The notes beneath the pieces are model-generated. The model was not told where the DNA came from. It worked only from the letters and a program-made list of their open reading frames with translations, and did not search any database. A program made the translations under genes and the position numbers. 64,000 nucleotides of DNA from Candidatus Bathyarchaeum tardum (GTDB lineage: Archaea > Thermoproteota > Bathyarchaeia > Bathyarchaeales > Bathyarchaeaceae), in contig CP122380.1 of the NCBI GenBank assembly GCA_024650005.2, positions 992,001-1,056,000 on the forward strand, read 5' to 3'. Positions 20,520-30,203 of this stretch are shown here, in pieces. The first letter of the stretch is position 1, and every line of letters begins with the position of its first letter.

Positions 20520-20959
20520 AAAAATTACAAAAAAAATTATCAATGTTCAAAAATTGTCGCAAAGGTACAGCTGAAGTTGTAGGAACAGTGCTGTTTTTGG
20601 TAATAGTCTTTTTTGTCTTTACCAACATATATCTATGGCATGATACCGCAACGCGTGAAATGAACACAATTCACTTTGAAAAGATGAATTCACCTTTATC
20701 CGTCAGGTTAATCCCTGATGAATCAAACCCCACAGGATTAGAAGTAACAAATAATGGCGGTGTTGAAGCAGGGTTATCCCGTGTTTGGATAATCAGTGAT
20801 ACAAATCATTATCCTATAGATTTAAATTTAAGAATCGCACGTGGAGCAAAAATTGTGTTACAATTTTCAACGTTGGGGATTTCAACTCCAACCCAAAAAA
20901 CAACATACAATATTCTTACAACATTAGGTAACATGGCTGCATGCACATATTATCCCTGA
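20510..20959 (+). CDS. archaeal type IV pilin
   Basis: Class III signal RKG/TAEVVG; VTNNGG, ILTTLGN. Confidence 0.82.
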   Translation: MVVKKLQKKLSMFKNCRKGTAEVVGTVLFLVIVFFVFTNIYLWHDTATREMNTIHFEKMNSPLSVRLIPDESNPTGLEVTNNGGVEAGLSRVWIISDTNHYPIDLNLRIARGAKIVLQFSTLGISTPTQKTTYNILTTLGNMAACTYYP

Positions 20960-20968
20960 AGATAAATC

Positions 20969-22120
20969 CTATTTTTTAGAAACTTTTCTTAAGCTAACAT
21001 ATGAAACTGGTTGTTGACTATCGGAAATGACCATCCATTGGTTGGGTTGAAGTTCTGTTATTTTAGTTGCTTCTTTAGGGGATATCCTCAAAAGATAATC
21101 AAGGTACTTGTCATCATTTGTCCTACCTATTATTTGGGTGCTCATTTGTACAATAATATTTGTGCCCAGTGCAGATGGCTGTTTGCATATTAGTATTATT
21201 GCAATTCCATATTTTGTTCCTTCATAAACGATTTGTTCTAAGGCTACTGAATCGATTTTTTCTGGATTTTCAATAAACAACGTGAAATTTGGCAATTTCC
21301 CTTCAAGTTTAGCGTTCCAAAGAAACTGAAGATATTTTGAATAAATTTTTCTTTTCTTTTCAGGAGTTAACTTTTTTGTGGTTACTACAACTATCTTTTT
21401 GGATTCAATTTTTGATAATATTTCAAGTTTGATTTCTTTAGCTTCTGTTAAATTAACGATTTCACAACTTTTGTTCTGGGAAACAACATTTTCGTATTCG
21501 CCATAAGGGTCAAAAATGATTAGGGGTTGATCGGTTTTTTTATTGATTTCTTCAGCAAGAATTGTTGCTGCTTTATTTTTTCCAAAGGTGTCCATCGAGG
21601 ATATCAATGAATGAGAGTTAACAAAATTTGTAAAATCCAAATAGTATTCGATTGTTTTGCTATCTTCTTTCTGGTTTATTGCTTTAAAAATGGATTCTCC
21701 TAACTGTAAAGGAATTTTGAAAGGAATGCCATGGAGATTAACGTTAAAGACTTTGACCAGAAAATCAGAATATATTAAATGAACTCGGCTTCCAGGATTA
21801 GGGGGCGTATTTAGTTCAATAATTTTGTTTGTTTCATCTTTAGTGTTTATGTATCCAATTATTTTGGTCACTGCCATCATTCTTCCAACCTTTACGCCGA
21901 TTGTCCCTCCTGCTACTTGTTCGTAGCATCTGATTTCTGTGATAATTCCTAGAATTTGCGAAGAACTGCCCTTTGTTGGGTGATCAACACATACGTAATC
22001 GTTTTTTTCTGCATGTACCCTATCTTTTAATGGGCTTATTATAAAACTAAATTGAGTTGTGTTTGTATCATTAATTACCATGCCAATGTTTTCTTTCATT
22101 CTGATTTTTGATAGGTCCAA
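20969..22120 (-). CDS. HerA-like protein (HAS barrel plus shortened, degenerate ATPase)
   Basis: IGMV..TTQFSF, PPNPGSRV, SMDTFGKN, IIFDPYGEY, EGTKYGI..QPSAL..QMSTQI. Confidence 0.75.
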   Translation of the reverse strand: MDLSKIRMKENIGMVINDTNTTQFSFIISPLKDRVHAEKNDYVCVDHPTKGSSSQILGIITEIRCYEQVAGGTIGVKVGRMMAVTKIIGYINTKDETNKIIELNTPPNPGSRVHLIYSDFLVKVFNVNLHGIPFKIPLQLGESIFKAINQKEDSKTIEYYLDFTNFVNSHSLISSMDTFGKNKAATILAEEINKKTDQPLIIFDPYGEYENVVSQNKSCEIVNLTEAKEIKLEILSKIESKKIVVVTTKKLTPEKKRKIYSKYLQFLWNAKLEGKLPNFTLFIENPEKIDSVALEQIVYEGTKYGIAIILICKQPSALGTNIIVQMSTQIIGRTNDDKYLDYLLRISPKEATKITELQPNQWMVISDSQQPVSYVSLRKVSKK

Positions 22121-22416
22121 GCTAAAATCTCCAAAGTAACCTTAAATAACAACGGAACTGCAAGCAATCAGTATTGAGTTTATACTGTCAAGTAAAAAAC
22201 TTATTAAGCTTGAATCCTGATTAAGACAAACTCAAAAATTATTCAAGTAAACGGTACTCAATTGCCTTGCTAACTAGTAATTGGTTATAGAAAAAATTAC
22301 TAAAAATTTTTGATTTGTTTTCTATAAACAGCGTCCTCCTGTTATTATATATGACTTTTTGAAGCATTTTATAGTGTTATAAAATCGTTAATGAACGAAA
22401 AAAAGAGGAAAACAAA

Positions 22417-23496
22417 ATGAGAAAAATAACAAAAATTAGACGTTCTGTTAAAGCCGTTTCTCCCGTAATTTCAGTTCTTCTCATGATCGCAATTGCTGTC
22501 TCTGCTGCCTTAGTAGCTTTTGCTTGGGTATCAGGATACCTAGACTTTACTACCGCAAAAATTGGAAAACAAATACAAGTACAAAGCGTCGCCACAGACT
22601 TTGCATATGTACAAAACACAGGAGACTCCAACGTCTTACTTGTAGACTTGTACGTAAATGGTGAACGAGACCCCGGAGCAAGATTTGAACCTGATGAAAT
22701 TGGGCCTTCAGAAACATCCAAGGTCATTCCCTCAATCATATGGGAAGACGACCCAAGAGTGACAATAAAAATCGTCACCTCAGACGGATTATCAACTGAA
22801 CACAAAAAAACATTCACAACAGCAACAGGAACAGGCGGTACAACTACACCACCTCCAACAGTAGCTCAAATTTCATCAACTACAACAGGTTTCAGTGGAG
22901 TCCAACCCGGAGACTTGCTTGTAGTAATGGCTACCACACGCGGTGGAACCCCAGGTACTTGGACAACTGGGGAACTTACAGCATCAGCTGATCAAGGCTT
23001 TGGTGCTGCAGTAGAAGTGGCATCATTCAAAACGGTCACTAATACTGCTGACCGTCGTGCTGTCGCTATCTTCGTTAAAACAGCTACTGGTTCAGAATTG
23101 GATGACGTCACCGTTACTTGGGGCGGTTCTGGTGTAACAACTAGTGTTATCGGATATCAGATTTTTAGGTCAGATGGTGGTGCTGACACTATTTGGACGG
23201 TAGGTTCACATGATTCTAACGATGGCATTGCAGACAAGGTCAGTGTTTTGACCATTCCAACTATTTCCCTGTCTGGAGGTAGCACAGCTAATATCCTATC
23301 TATAGGTGCAATTGTAGGACGAGATGGTCCAAGCTCTGCAACCTTTACTAATCTACCTCTAGGTTCAACCTCCTTTGACAGCACTGCTCCCTGTTTTACT
23401 GCTTACAACTATGATCTGCCTGTTACTACAACCACTGCGTATTTGGATTCTGAGTACCATGTAAGTGGTTTACTTGTCCAGATACAAGTAAAATGA
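22417..23496 (+). CDS. pilin with C-terminal adhesin-like domain
   Basis: KA/VSPVISVLLMIAIAV pilin N-terminus, YVQNTG, Thr/Pro linker, Gly/Ser/Thr-rich beta domain. Confidence 0.85.
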   Translation: MRKITKIRRSVKAVSPVISVLLMIAIAVSAALVAFAWVSGYLDFTTAKIGKQIQVQSVATDFAYVQNTGDSNVLLVDLYVNGERDPGARFEPDEIGPSETSKVIPSIIWEDDPRVTIKIVTSDGLSTEHKKTFTTATGTGGTTTPPPTVAQISSTTTGFSGVQPGDLLVVMATTRGGTPGTWTTGELTASADQGFGAAVEVASFKTVTNTADRRAVAIFVKTATGSELDDVTVTWGGSGVTTSVIGYQIFRSDGGADTIWTVGSHDSNDGIADKVSVLTIPTISLSGGSTANILSIGAIVGRDGPSSATFTNLPLGSTSFDSTAPCFTAYNYDLPVTTTTAYLDSEYHVSGLLVQIQVK

Positions 23497-23761
23497 TAAC
23501 TAATGTTGAGTGGATCTGAAACGGTAGCAGTTAATTGGCAAAAACTGCCAACTTTTCCCTTCTTTTTTTTTTTAAAAAAAATATTATCAAAAAACAATAA
23601 TCACTAGATATCCTAACAATTTTATTAATAATTCAAACTATTTACCCTAATATCCATAGTTGTAAACCAGGATTGACCCCCTAGTTTCTTCTTTTGATTA
23701 ATGTAATAAATAAAATCAACAGTGTTATCTACTTGTCATGTATAAAAAGAAGAGAATAATT

Positions 23762-23899
23762 ATGCCTGACCCAACTGTTGATGACCTTCAAAAACAAGTA
23801 ACAGAACTTAAAATGCGTGTTGATATGTTAGAAAAGATTGTTTTTCAGTTGGCGAAGGAGCCAAAAAAGGATGGTCGTGATTGGGTCAAACAAATTTAA
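23762..23899 (+). CDS. 45-aa coiled-coil microprotein
   Basis: MPDPTVDDLQKQVTELKMRVDMLEKIVFQLAKEPKKDGRDWVKQI. Confidence 0.55.
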   Translation: MPDPTVDDLQKQVTELKMRVDMLEKIVFQLAKEPKKDGRDWVKQI

Positions 23900-23917
23900 T
23901 CAAATGGTGGGCTTGTT

Positions 23918-24070
23918 TTGGTTGAACGCAAATGTGAATCCTGTGGAGTTCCGTTGGGGGATGAGGACGTTATGAAAATTGTTTTGGAAGATGGATCTTG
24001 TGAAGTATTTCCATTTACGAAATGTCCGAAATGTTTTGCTGAAGAATTAGGCAAAAAGGCTCGAAGCTGA
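23918..24070 (+). CDS. 50-aa zinc-finger microprotein
   Basis: MVERKCESCGVPLG..KCPKCFAEELGKKARS; GGTGG SD, TTG start. Confidence 0.65.
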   Translation: MVERKCESCGVPLGDEDVMKIVLEDGSCEVFPFTKCPKCFAEELGKKARS

Positions 24071-24144
24071 TTGTTTCGTAGTTTTTTAGGTTTATTAACT
24101 TGTAATCACCAAAAGATACTGAAGATACTACTTGACCATATTTA

Positions 24145-24660
24145 TTGAGGTGTACAGGGACGAAAAAACTTGAGTTTGAACCAGTTCAATTTTTGCATAA
24201 CAACTGGATTGAATACAGCAACAAACATGACATAAACAAAGAGTCAGAAACACTGATTCCATTGCTTGATGACTCTTCACCGGTTATGCGAACTCAAGAC
24301 CAAATCTTGGATGCAATTTACAACGCAGCAGTAACAGTTTTAGAATCAAGCCCAGAAATAGACGGCGAACAAAAAACCCGCGCCTTGTATTTACAGTATA
24401 ATCTTTGCACTTGTGATGAATGCCAAAAAGACTGTGCAACCCATATCAACAAAAAAGGGCAGATACGAATTTCTCAACAGTTTTTCCAAAACACGTTACA
24501 GTCTTCACCCCCTGCAGGAATCATGGAAGTAATTTACACTATACTCCACCAACTGTTGCATGGAATTTTCCCAGAATTTGACGAGGAACAAATTTCCGAC
24601 AAAACGCAACAAGTCTGGAACAGCGGCATGGCTGAATTAGCTAAAGAAAAAATAAACTAA
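24145..24660 (+). CDS. zincin-like hypothetical protein with HQxxH variant motif
   Basis: CTCDEC..C, GQIRIS, YTILHQLLHGIFP. Confidence 0.6.
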   Translation: MRCTGTKKLEFEPVQFLHNNWIEYSNKHDINKESETLIPLLDDSSPVMRTQDQILDAIYNAAVTVLESSPEIDGEQKTRALYLQYNLCTCDECQKDCATHINKKGQIRISQQFFQNTLQSSPPAGIMEVIYTILHQLLHGIFPEFDEEQISDKTQQVWNSGMAELAKEKIN

Positions 24661-24672
24661 AAAAAATAAAGT

Positions 24673-25722
24673 TTAAGCGGTTGAACCAACAAGGCGTTTT
24701 CTGTAAACTGCAACCGCTATTAGTGACGAAACCAGAAACAAAGACATAAGCAACACTGCAGAAAACTCGGGTATTGTTTCAGTGCCAGTAATTTCAATTG
24801 TGTGGACGCTGTGAACGTAACTAATGTCAAAAATTTGATGGGTTCCATTCCCTGTTTGGGTATAATCATTTCCTGCTGTTAGGCCATGATCGTCCATGGT
24901 TAACGTGAAACTTCCTGAAAGTAAACTTTCGGGAACTGCAACTTTACAGGAACCAATGGTTCCAGTTTTGCCGGACACTTGCAAACGTAACTGTTTTTCG
25001 TCTTGTTTGAACTCAAAACCCAAAAGGTTTGAGTTACTGTTCACTGAAACAGGATAATCTTCGCTGTCAATTAAAGGATAAAAAACTTGTTCCAGACCGA
25101 CTCGGCTGAAATGAAGGGTCAACGCTTCAGTTATTTCATTATCTGTAACTTCGGCACCGCTTCTTGTGTATTTTAGAAGCAAACCAGTGGATTTTTCCCA
25201 GTAATAACTGTCAGAGCATTCTTGGTCGTCTATGGTGTAACTGAAACTAAGCTGGACCGCTTCTACTGTTGAGTCTCCGTCCTTTAAGTAAACGGTGTTT
25301 GTTACTGTTGGCGCGTTATCAGTGCTTCCACTTTCGTCGGTCCAGCCTGGATATATCAAACTGCCGGTGCTAAGACCTGCAGGAATAACAACAAAATAAG
25401 CGGTTCCATATCCAGTGTTTAAATCGATCCAAGAAGTTCCAGTGCTGGTTGTTCCATTCATAAAGTCTCGATCATATTTGATGGTGACGTTGGTTCCGGA
25501 GATTTGTTGAACCGTTATTGTTTCAAGATAACTAGCAGTAAAGGGCAAAGATAACGTTAAGTCTCCGCTGCTGTCGCGTTTGGTTCCACTAGCTGCGGAG
25601 ACATAATCGTAACTTAGTCCAACTGTTACGCCAACGTTTGCGTCAGCCAAACATGAAATTACGCCTGAAAACAGTGAAGCAACAAGCACAAAAGTTAAGG
25701 ATAAAACAATTTTTCTGTTCAT
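24673..25722 (-). CDS. secreted/surface protein with PEF-CTERM-like sorting signal
   Basis: Signal peptide MNRKIV.., YYWEKSTGLLL, HSVHTIEI, IPEF plus TM plus RKR. Confidence 0.82.
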   Translation of the reverse strand: MNRKIVLSLTFVLVASLFSGVISCLADANVGVTVGLSYDYVSAASGTKRDSSGDLTLSLPFTASYLETITVQQISGTNVTIKYDRDFMNGTTSTGTSWIDLNTGYGTAYFVVIPAGLSTGSLIYPGWTDESGSTDNAPTVTNTVYLKDGDSTVEAVQLSFSYTIDDQECSDSYYWEKSTGLLLKYTRSGAEVTDNEITEALTLHFSRVGLEQVFYPLIDSEDYPVSVNSNSNLLGFEFKQDEKQLRLQVSGKTGTIGSCKVAVPESLLSGSFTLTMDDHGLTAGNDYTQTGNGTHQIFDISYVHSVHTIEITGTETIPEFSAVLLMSLFLVSSLIAVAVYRKRLVGSTA

Positions 25723-25879
25723 AACACACCAACAAATCTTAAGTTTACTTTGATACTGACTCAACTGGTGAACAACTAAGATATAATTATTTTTCAAAAT
25801 CACGTAAACAAATTTTCCAAAACAACCTAAAAACCTAAAAAGTTTAAAGACCCCCAAACAAATATCAACAGGACACAAC

Positions 25880-26059
25880 ATGCAATGCATATTTTTCCGA
25901 AACGACATCTGTTACGCAAATCCGCAGATTCCGGCACTGCTTGGAAAATACCAACCCGAAAAACAAGTCATAGATAAATACTGCAAAACAGAAAACTTTC
26001 CCTGTTGCCCCCGACTAAAAGCGACTTTAGAATACTTCAAAGCAGTAAACGGGGAATAA
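25880..26059 (+). CDS. 59-aa Cys-rich microprotein
   Basis: MQCIFFRNDICYANPQIPALLGKYQPEKQVIDKYCKTENFPCCPRLKATLEYFKAVNGE. Confidence 0.6.
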   Translation: MQCIFFRNDICYANPQIPALLGKYQPEKQVIDKYCKTENFPCCPRLKATLEYFKAVNGE

Positions 26060-26130
26060 CAAACTAAAACCGTCCATAATCCTTATCTTGCCCGCAAATC
26101 ATGTGCAAAGAATCCGCAAAGGTGCTTGTA

Positions 26131-27093
26131 ATGGGAAACTTGACAGTTGCAGTTCTAGGAAAACAAGGATTCAGTAGTAACTTTGGCAAAAAAGGGACCT
26201 CAACTGACATTACACTTTATAACCTAAAAAAAGGCGAAAACACGGTAACATTTATTGAACCTACACGTTACCCTGACCGATTGGCACCTTTGTTTTATTC
26301 TTGTTCAATGGCTACAAAAGCAATCGTTATTGTCGAAGAATTAACTGCTACCCTTGGAGAACAACTTGTAATGCTCCAATGCTGCGGAATAAAAAACGGC
26401 TACTTTGTTTTAAAAAATTACATACCCCCTGAAAAAATGCAACCTTTAGTAAAAGGCACAATCCTTGTAAACTACAAATTTGTAGAAGATGAACCAAGCC
26501 TAATCCGCGAAGAACTAGAACACGAAGCAACACTAATCCAAACATCCGACAAAGAACAAAACTTCGGAACAGTACCTGTAGACCATGCTTTCAATGTAAA
26601 AGGCATAGGCGCAGTAATTCTGGGGCTAGTTGCAAACGGAGCAATCAACATACATGACACCCTAAATGTGCTTCCGGGAACTAAAACCACACAGATTAGG
26701 TCCATTCAAAAACATGACGACAACTTTAATTCCGCTAACGAAACGGACCGTGTTGGATTAGCCCTTAAAAACATCAAAATTGACGACGTCGACAGAGGCA
26801 CCGTGCTAACAAATGACCCCAAAATCAAAACAACAAAAACAATAACCGCTCAAGCATCTTTAGTCAAATACTGGAATGCTCCAGTAAAAACCGGAATGGT
26901 GTTGCACATTGGACACTGGATGCAAGTTTTAAACTGCACCATTGAATCTGTTAACAGTCAACCCAACTCGCGCAATCCAACTTTAACCTTGAGTTTGGAC
27001 AAAGAAATTGTTTATTGTCCAAATGACAACGCAGTTTTGATGTATCTGGAAGGCGGAAAATTGAGAGTCATGGGAACAATACAATTGCCCTGA
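26131..27093 (+). CDS. archaeal SelB-like / EF-Tu-like protein with degenerate G domain
   Basis: GKKGTSTDITLY, VDHAFNVKGIGAVILG, IRSIQKHD, RVGLALK, DRGTVL. Confidence 0.85.
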   Translation: MGNLTVAVLGKQGFSSNFGKKGTSTDITLYNLKKGENTVTFIEPTRYPDRLAPLFYSCSMATKAIVIVEELTATLGEQLVMLQCCGIKNGYFVLKNYIPPEKMQPLVKGTILVNYKFVEDEPSLIREELEHEATLIQTSDKEQNFGTVPVDHAFNVKGIGAVILGLVANGAINIHDTLNVLPGTKTTQIRSIQKHDDNFNSANETDRVGLALKNIKIDDVDRGTVLTNDPKIKTTKTITAQASLVKYWNAPVKTGMVLHIGHWMQVLNCTIESVNSQPNSRNPTLTLSLDKEIVYCPNDNAVLMYLEGGKLRVMGTIQLP

Positions 27094-27098
27094 CCCGA

Positions 27099-27551
27099 CT
27101 AAATTAAAGGTTTAACCTTTTTTTCCATTAACAATCCATCCAGTCCTTTACCGTAGAAGTTTTTCTTAACTTTTTGTTCTACCAATCCCAAATTTTTGTA
27201 AAGCCCAATAGCGGTATCGTTATTTATTCTAACATCTAACCGAAGTTTTGCAATGCCTTTTTCTCGACACTTGGACTCTAAAATTTCTAGCAGCTCCTTG
27301 GCAACACCTTGATTTCTGTTTTTGGGATGAACAGCAATCGACAGAATATAACCAAAACTTGGGGCACAGGTCAAAATCGCGTAACCAACTATTGAATCAA
27401 AAGAGTCTTCAGCAACAAAAAAACTATCCGCGAATCTGTGCAAATAATGCAGAAACTGAGTTTCAGGAAAAACTTCAGACATATCAAAAGAAGCCTGTTC
27501 TATTTCCATTATTCCTGGCAGGTCGTCTTTTGTTGCAGTTCTGATATTCAA
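27099..27551 (-). CDS. RimI-like GNAT N-acetyltransferase
   Basis: IEQASF, ILSIAVHPKNRNQGVA, LDVRINNDTAIGLY. Confidence 0.9.
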   Translation of the reverse strand: MNIRTATKDDLPGIMEIEQASFDMSEVFPETQFLHYLHRFADSFFVAEDSFDSIVGYAILTCAPSFGYILSIAVHPKNRNQGVAKELLEILESKCREKGIAKLRLDVRINNDTAIGLYKNLGLVEQKVKKNFYGKGLDGLLMEKKVKPLI

Positions 27552-28426
27552 GTCAGTTGGTGCTCCACAATTTTTTTGGTCAAATCTGAAACTGCTTTAT
27601 TAATAACATATTCATATCCCCAAATTTTGAACCTTGGAATTGCTGTCCATTTTTTCTTGAATTCTTCAATTCCTAAGTTGCAGGCCCAACCTAAATCAAG
27701 CCAACTGAAGCCCTTCTGTTTTGCATAATTTATTTCATTAAACATTATGAAATCAGAAATTGAAGGGGCATCAGTGTAAAATCCAAGGGGCACAGTCATT
27801 GTGTCGCTTAGAAAATCAATTAAATCAAAACCCAAAAGTGTGCCGTCACAGACAACATCAAAAAGAACTGGAGTTTTGAAGTTACGCAAATAATCATAAA
27901 TTGCGAAATATAATTGGCGGTCGTAAAGGTCTAACCGTTTTGAGTGTTCGTGTTGTGCAATAATGTGGAAATGGGCTGGGGTCATTTTTTTACTAATTTT
28001 AAGGGTGTAACCTCGTTTTTCTGCGTTACGAACACGGTATCTTGCATCGCTTAGGTGACTGCCTTTCAAAGTTAAGTCAAAATCTGGAACATAAATTTGG
28101 TAATCTGTGTCTTGATTAATGTCTATGCACTTAAACTTTCCAAGGTCCATGGGCAGTTCATGAGGTGCAGTTATTACAAGTTTTTCAGGCTTGAACATTT
28201 TGACTGCTTCTTCAATACAAGAAAAATCATTCTCTTTTGCATTTAGCTCAAACAAACTCAAATGCAAGAGTTTGCTGTAATTGTCAAAGTACGCTAGATA
28301 GGTATCTTTGTAGATGTAGGGTTTACCGTAAGCAAGGGAATACAAACTTGCAAGGTGTTCATCAAAATGACCAAATTTCTGGTAATAAACTAAGGCGCTT
28401 TTTGTTAAATGTTTAAAACAAACCAC
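27548..28426 (-). CDS. FemAB/DUF2156-like double-GNAT protein
   Basis: DYQIYV..LKGSHLSDARYRVRNA, AKQKGFSWLDLG..GIEEFKKKW. Confidence 0.6.
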   Translation of the reverse strand: MVCFKHLTKSALVYYQKFGHFDEHLASLYSLAYGKPYIYKDTYLAYFDNYSKLLHLSLFELNAKENDFSCIEEAVKMFKPEKLVITAPHELPMDLGKFKCIDINQDTDYQIYVPDFDLTLKGSHLSDARYRVRNAEKRGYTLKISKKMTPAHFHIIAQHEHSKRLDLYDRQLYFAIYDYLRNFKTPVLFDVVCDGTLLGFDLIDFLSDTMTVPLGFYTDAPSISDFIMFNEINYAKQKGFSWLDLGWACNLGIEEFKKKWTAIPRFKIWGYEYVINKAVSDLTKKIVEHQLT

Positions 28427-28603
28427 AGGGTATCTTGCCTTTTTCTTATGTTAATCAAATCTCTGAGATGGAGATTCTGCTTAAAAAACTTTTTGTAGCA
28501 TATATTATGCAAAATAAAATAACTTTATAAAATACTAAAACAAAAAAGCAAACAAGAGTGTGGGTGCCCTCTTGCAAGGTTTAAGGACTTTTCTAATCTT
28601 GGT

Positions 28604-29170
28604 TTATACTGCTTTTACTATGGTTTCTGTTGCGTAAAGCGCCTGAGCTGTTGAGATTGTTACGCGCATTGGTGTACCGACGTCGTAGACCATTAGTTTT
28701 CCCGGGTTGACGATGAAGAACAGCATGCTCCAGCCTGATTGAAGAATCAAGTTTTCGCCTACTACCTCGAAGTCGTATATGGTTCCGTCAAAGGTCAGAG
28801 TGTTCGTACCCGTCTGGTTGAATGTGTTAACGTATTGCAAGTTTGCAGATAGTGCTCCTTCGACTTTGGTGAACAACACATATGATGATGTTGCGTTCCA
28901 TGCACATTCTTGACCTTTGATTGTAACTTTGCTCAATACAATGTCTGTTTCACCAGTATTGGTTACCAGAATGCTGCCCAAAGACTCTGTACTATTCTTG
29001 TACCAAACAGCTACGTTTGCCAAGAACAAGTTTTCTTGTTGGACACGGCTTCCTGCTACGTTGAGGGCGAAATTTGATGCAACACCAGCCAACAAAACGG
29101 ATACTACCAGCAAGATCAAGCTAGCCACAGCAGAACTCAGAGCTTTTTTGTTCTTTAGAAATTTCCTCAT
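28604..29170 (-). CDS. archaellin/pilin-like protein
   Basis: Class III signal KKA/LSSAVASLILLVVSVLLAG; VTNTGETD. Confidence 0.8.
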   Translation of the reverse strand: MRKFLKNKKALSSAVASLILLVVSVLLAGVASNFALNVAGSRVQQENLFLANVAVWYKNSTESLGSILVTNTGETDIVLSKVTIKGQECAWNATSSYVLFTKVEGALSANLQYVNTFNQTGTNTLTFDGTIYDFEVVGENLILQSGWSMLFFIVNPGKLMVYDVGTPMRVTISTAQALYATETIVKAV

Positions 29171-29184
29171 TCAGTTAACCCCCT

Positions 29185-29427
29185 TTAAGTTGTTACTTGC
29201 GTATCTAACTCAGCGGCAACTTGTGGCGACATAATCTTTGAATGCTTTGGGTCTTGATTAGAAATGTAAAGGTAAGTCAATGAACGATTTTGATAAATCA
29301 GTTTGGCTCCATTCTGGTTTTTGGCGTACTTTAAAAGATCCAGATATTGTTGCGCATTGCCTTTTAGTACAAAAGCCATGTAAAAAAATGGCTCATCCTT
29401 ATCTCCGATGTGTTTGCATTTTTCCAT
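29185..29427 (-). CDS. hypothetical protein
   Basis: 80-aa ORF with GAAGG SD, directly upstream of the pilin-like gene. Confidence 0.6.
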   Translation of the reverse strand: MEKCKHIGDKDEPFFYMAFVLKGNAQQYLDLLKYAKNQNGAKLIYQNRSLTYLYISNQDPKHSKIMSPQVAAELDTQVTT

Positions 29428-29686
29428 TTTCTGTCTTTCCTTCTTTCAATCATCCATTGTGGTTGCTTTTTTGTAGCAACCGCAAAGGTGTATGTTGTAT
29501 TAAGACTTAATACTTAATAAATATTGCTGATTAATATTTGCAGTAATGACACAAAATCCAATTACAAAAACAACAAAAATAAAAACACATTGGATAAAAA
29601 ATGCTGTTCAATCAAAAATATTAAAATATTTTTTAGCAAAAAATGCAAAAACATCTAAATGTATTGATCATTCTAACTAAATGAAT

Positions 29687-30103
29687 TTATTGCTTTTTTT
29701 GCGTCTTTAGTATAGATACTTTGAGTTGATTGATTTGCTCATTAATGCGAAATGCTTCTACTAGCTTTCTAATTATTTTAGCTTCTCCTTTTACCACGAT
29801 CACTTCGAGGCAATGCTCTTCATCGATGTGGGCGTGAAGGAAGGTTGATATTATGTTTCCAAAACTGTGCTGTATTTCCGATATTTGCCCTTTTGTTGTG
29901 TCTCTGCTGTAAATTATTGTTATTGAAGCAGTGATTTCGCCTTCAAGTTCTTTGAGGCTTTTGCTGTCTGTAAGGAATGTTCGTAATGCTTGCCTGACTA
30001 TTTCTGAACGGTTTGCGAAGCCTTCGTCTTTTATTGATGTTTCAACTCGTTGTAAAAGTTTCTCGGGGACTGATATGCTGATTATTGGAATTCTTGACAC
30101 CAA
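29687..30103 (-). CDS. nikR: NikR family RHH metalloregulator
   Basis: ISISVP..NRSEIVRQALR; EIQH..LHAHIDEEHCLE metal site. Confidence 0.88.
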   Translation of the reverse strand: MVSRIPIISISVPEKLLQRVETSIKDEGFANRSEIVRQALRTFLTDSKSLKELEGEITASITIIYSRDTTKGQISEIQHSFGNIISTFLHAHIDEEHCLEVIVVKGEAKIIRKLVEAFRINEQINQLKVSILKTQKKQ

Positions 30104-30137
30104 TTTATTAACTTATTACCTTGTATTTATATATTTT

Positions 30138-30165
30138 TTATTAAAATCTATGAAAAATTTAATAA
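30138..30165. promoter_or_regulatory. candidate NikR operator TTATTA-N16-TAATAA
   Basis: 6-16-6 palindrome just downstream of TATA (TTTATATA 30126-30133) in the nikR/ABC divergent promoter. Confidence 0.55.
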
Positions 30166-30203
30166 CTATGTGTTGCACAATAACTACAACAAGGTGCCCC
30201 TAA

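Noticed and set aside
26131-27093. True SelB implying Sec decoding
   Set aside because: No P-loop and no tRNA-Sec or selD in the window; fits the SelB-like family
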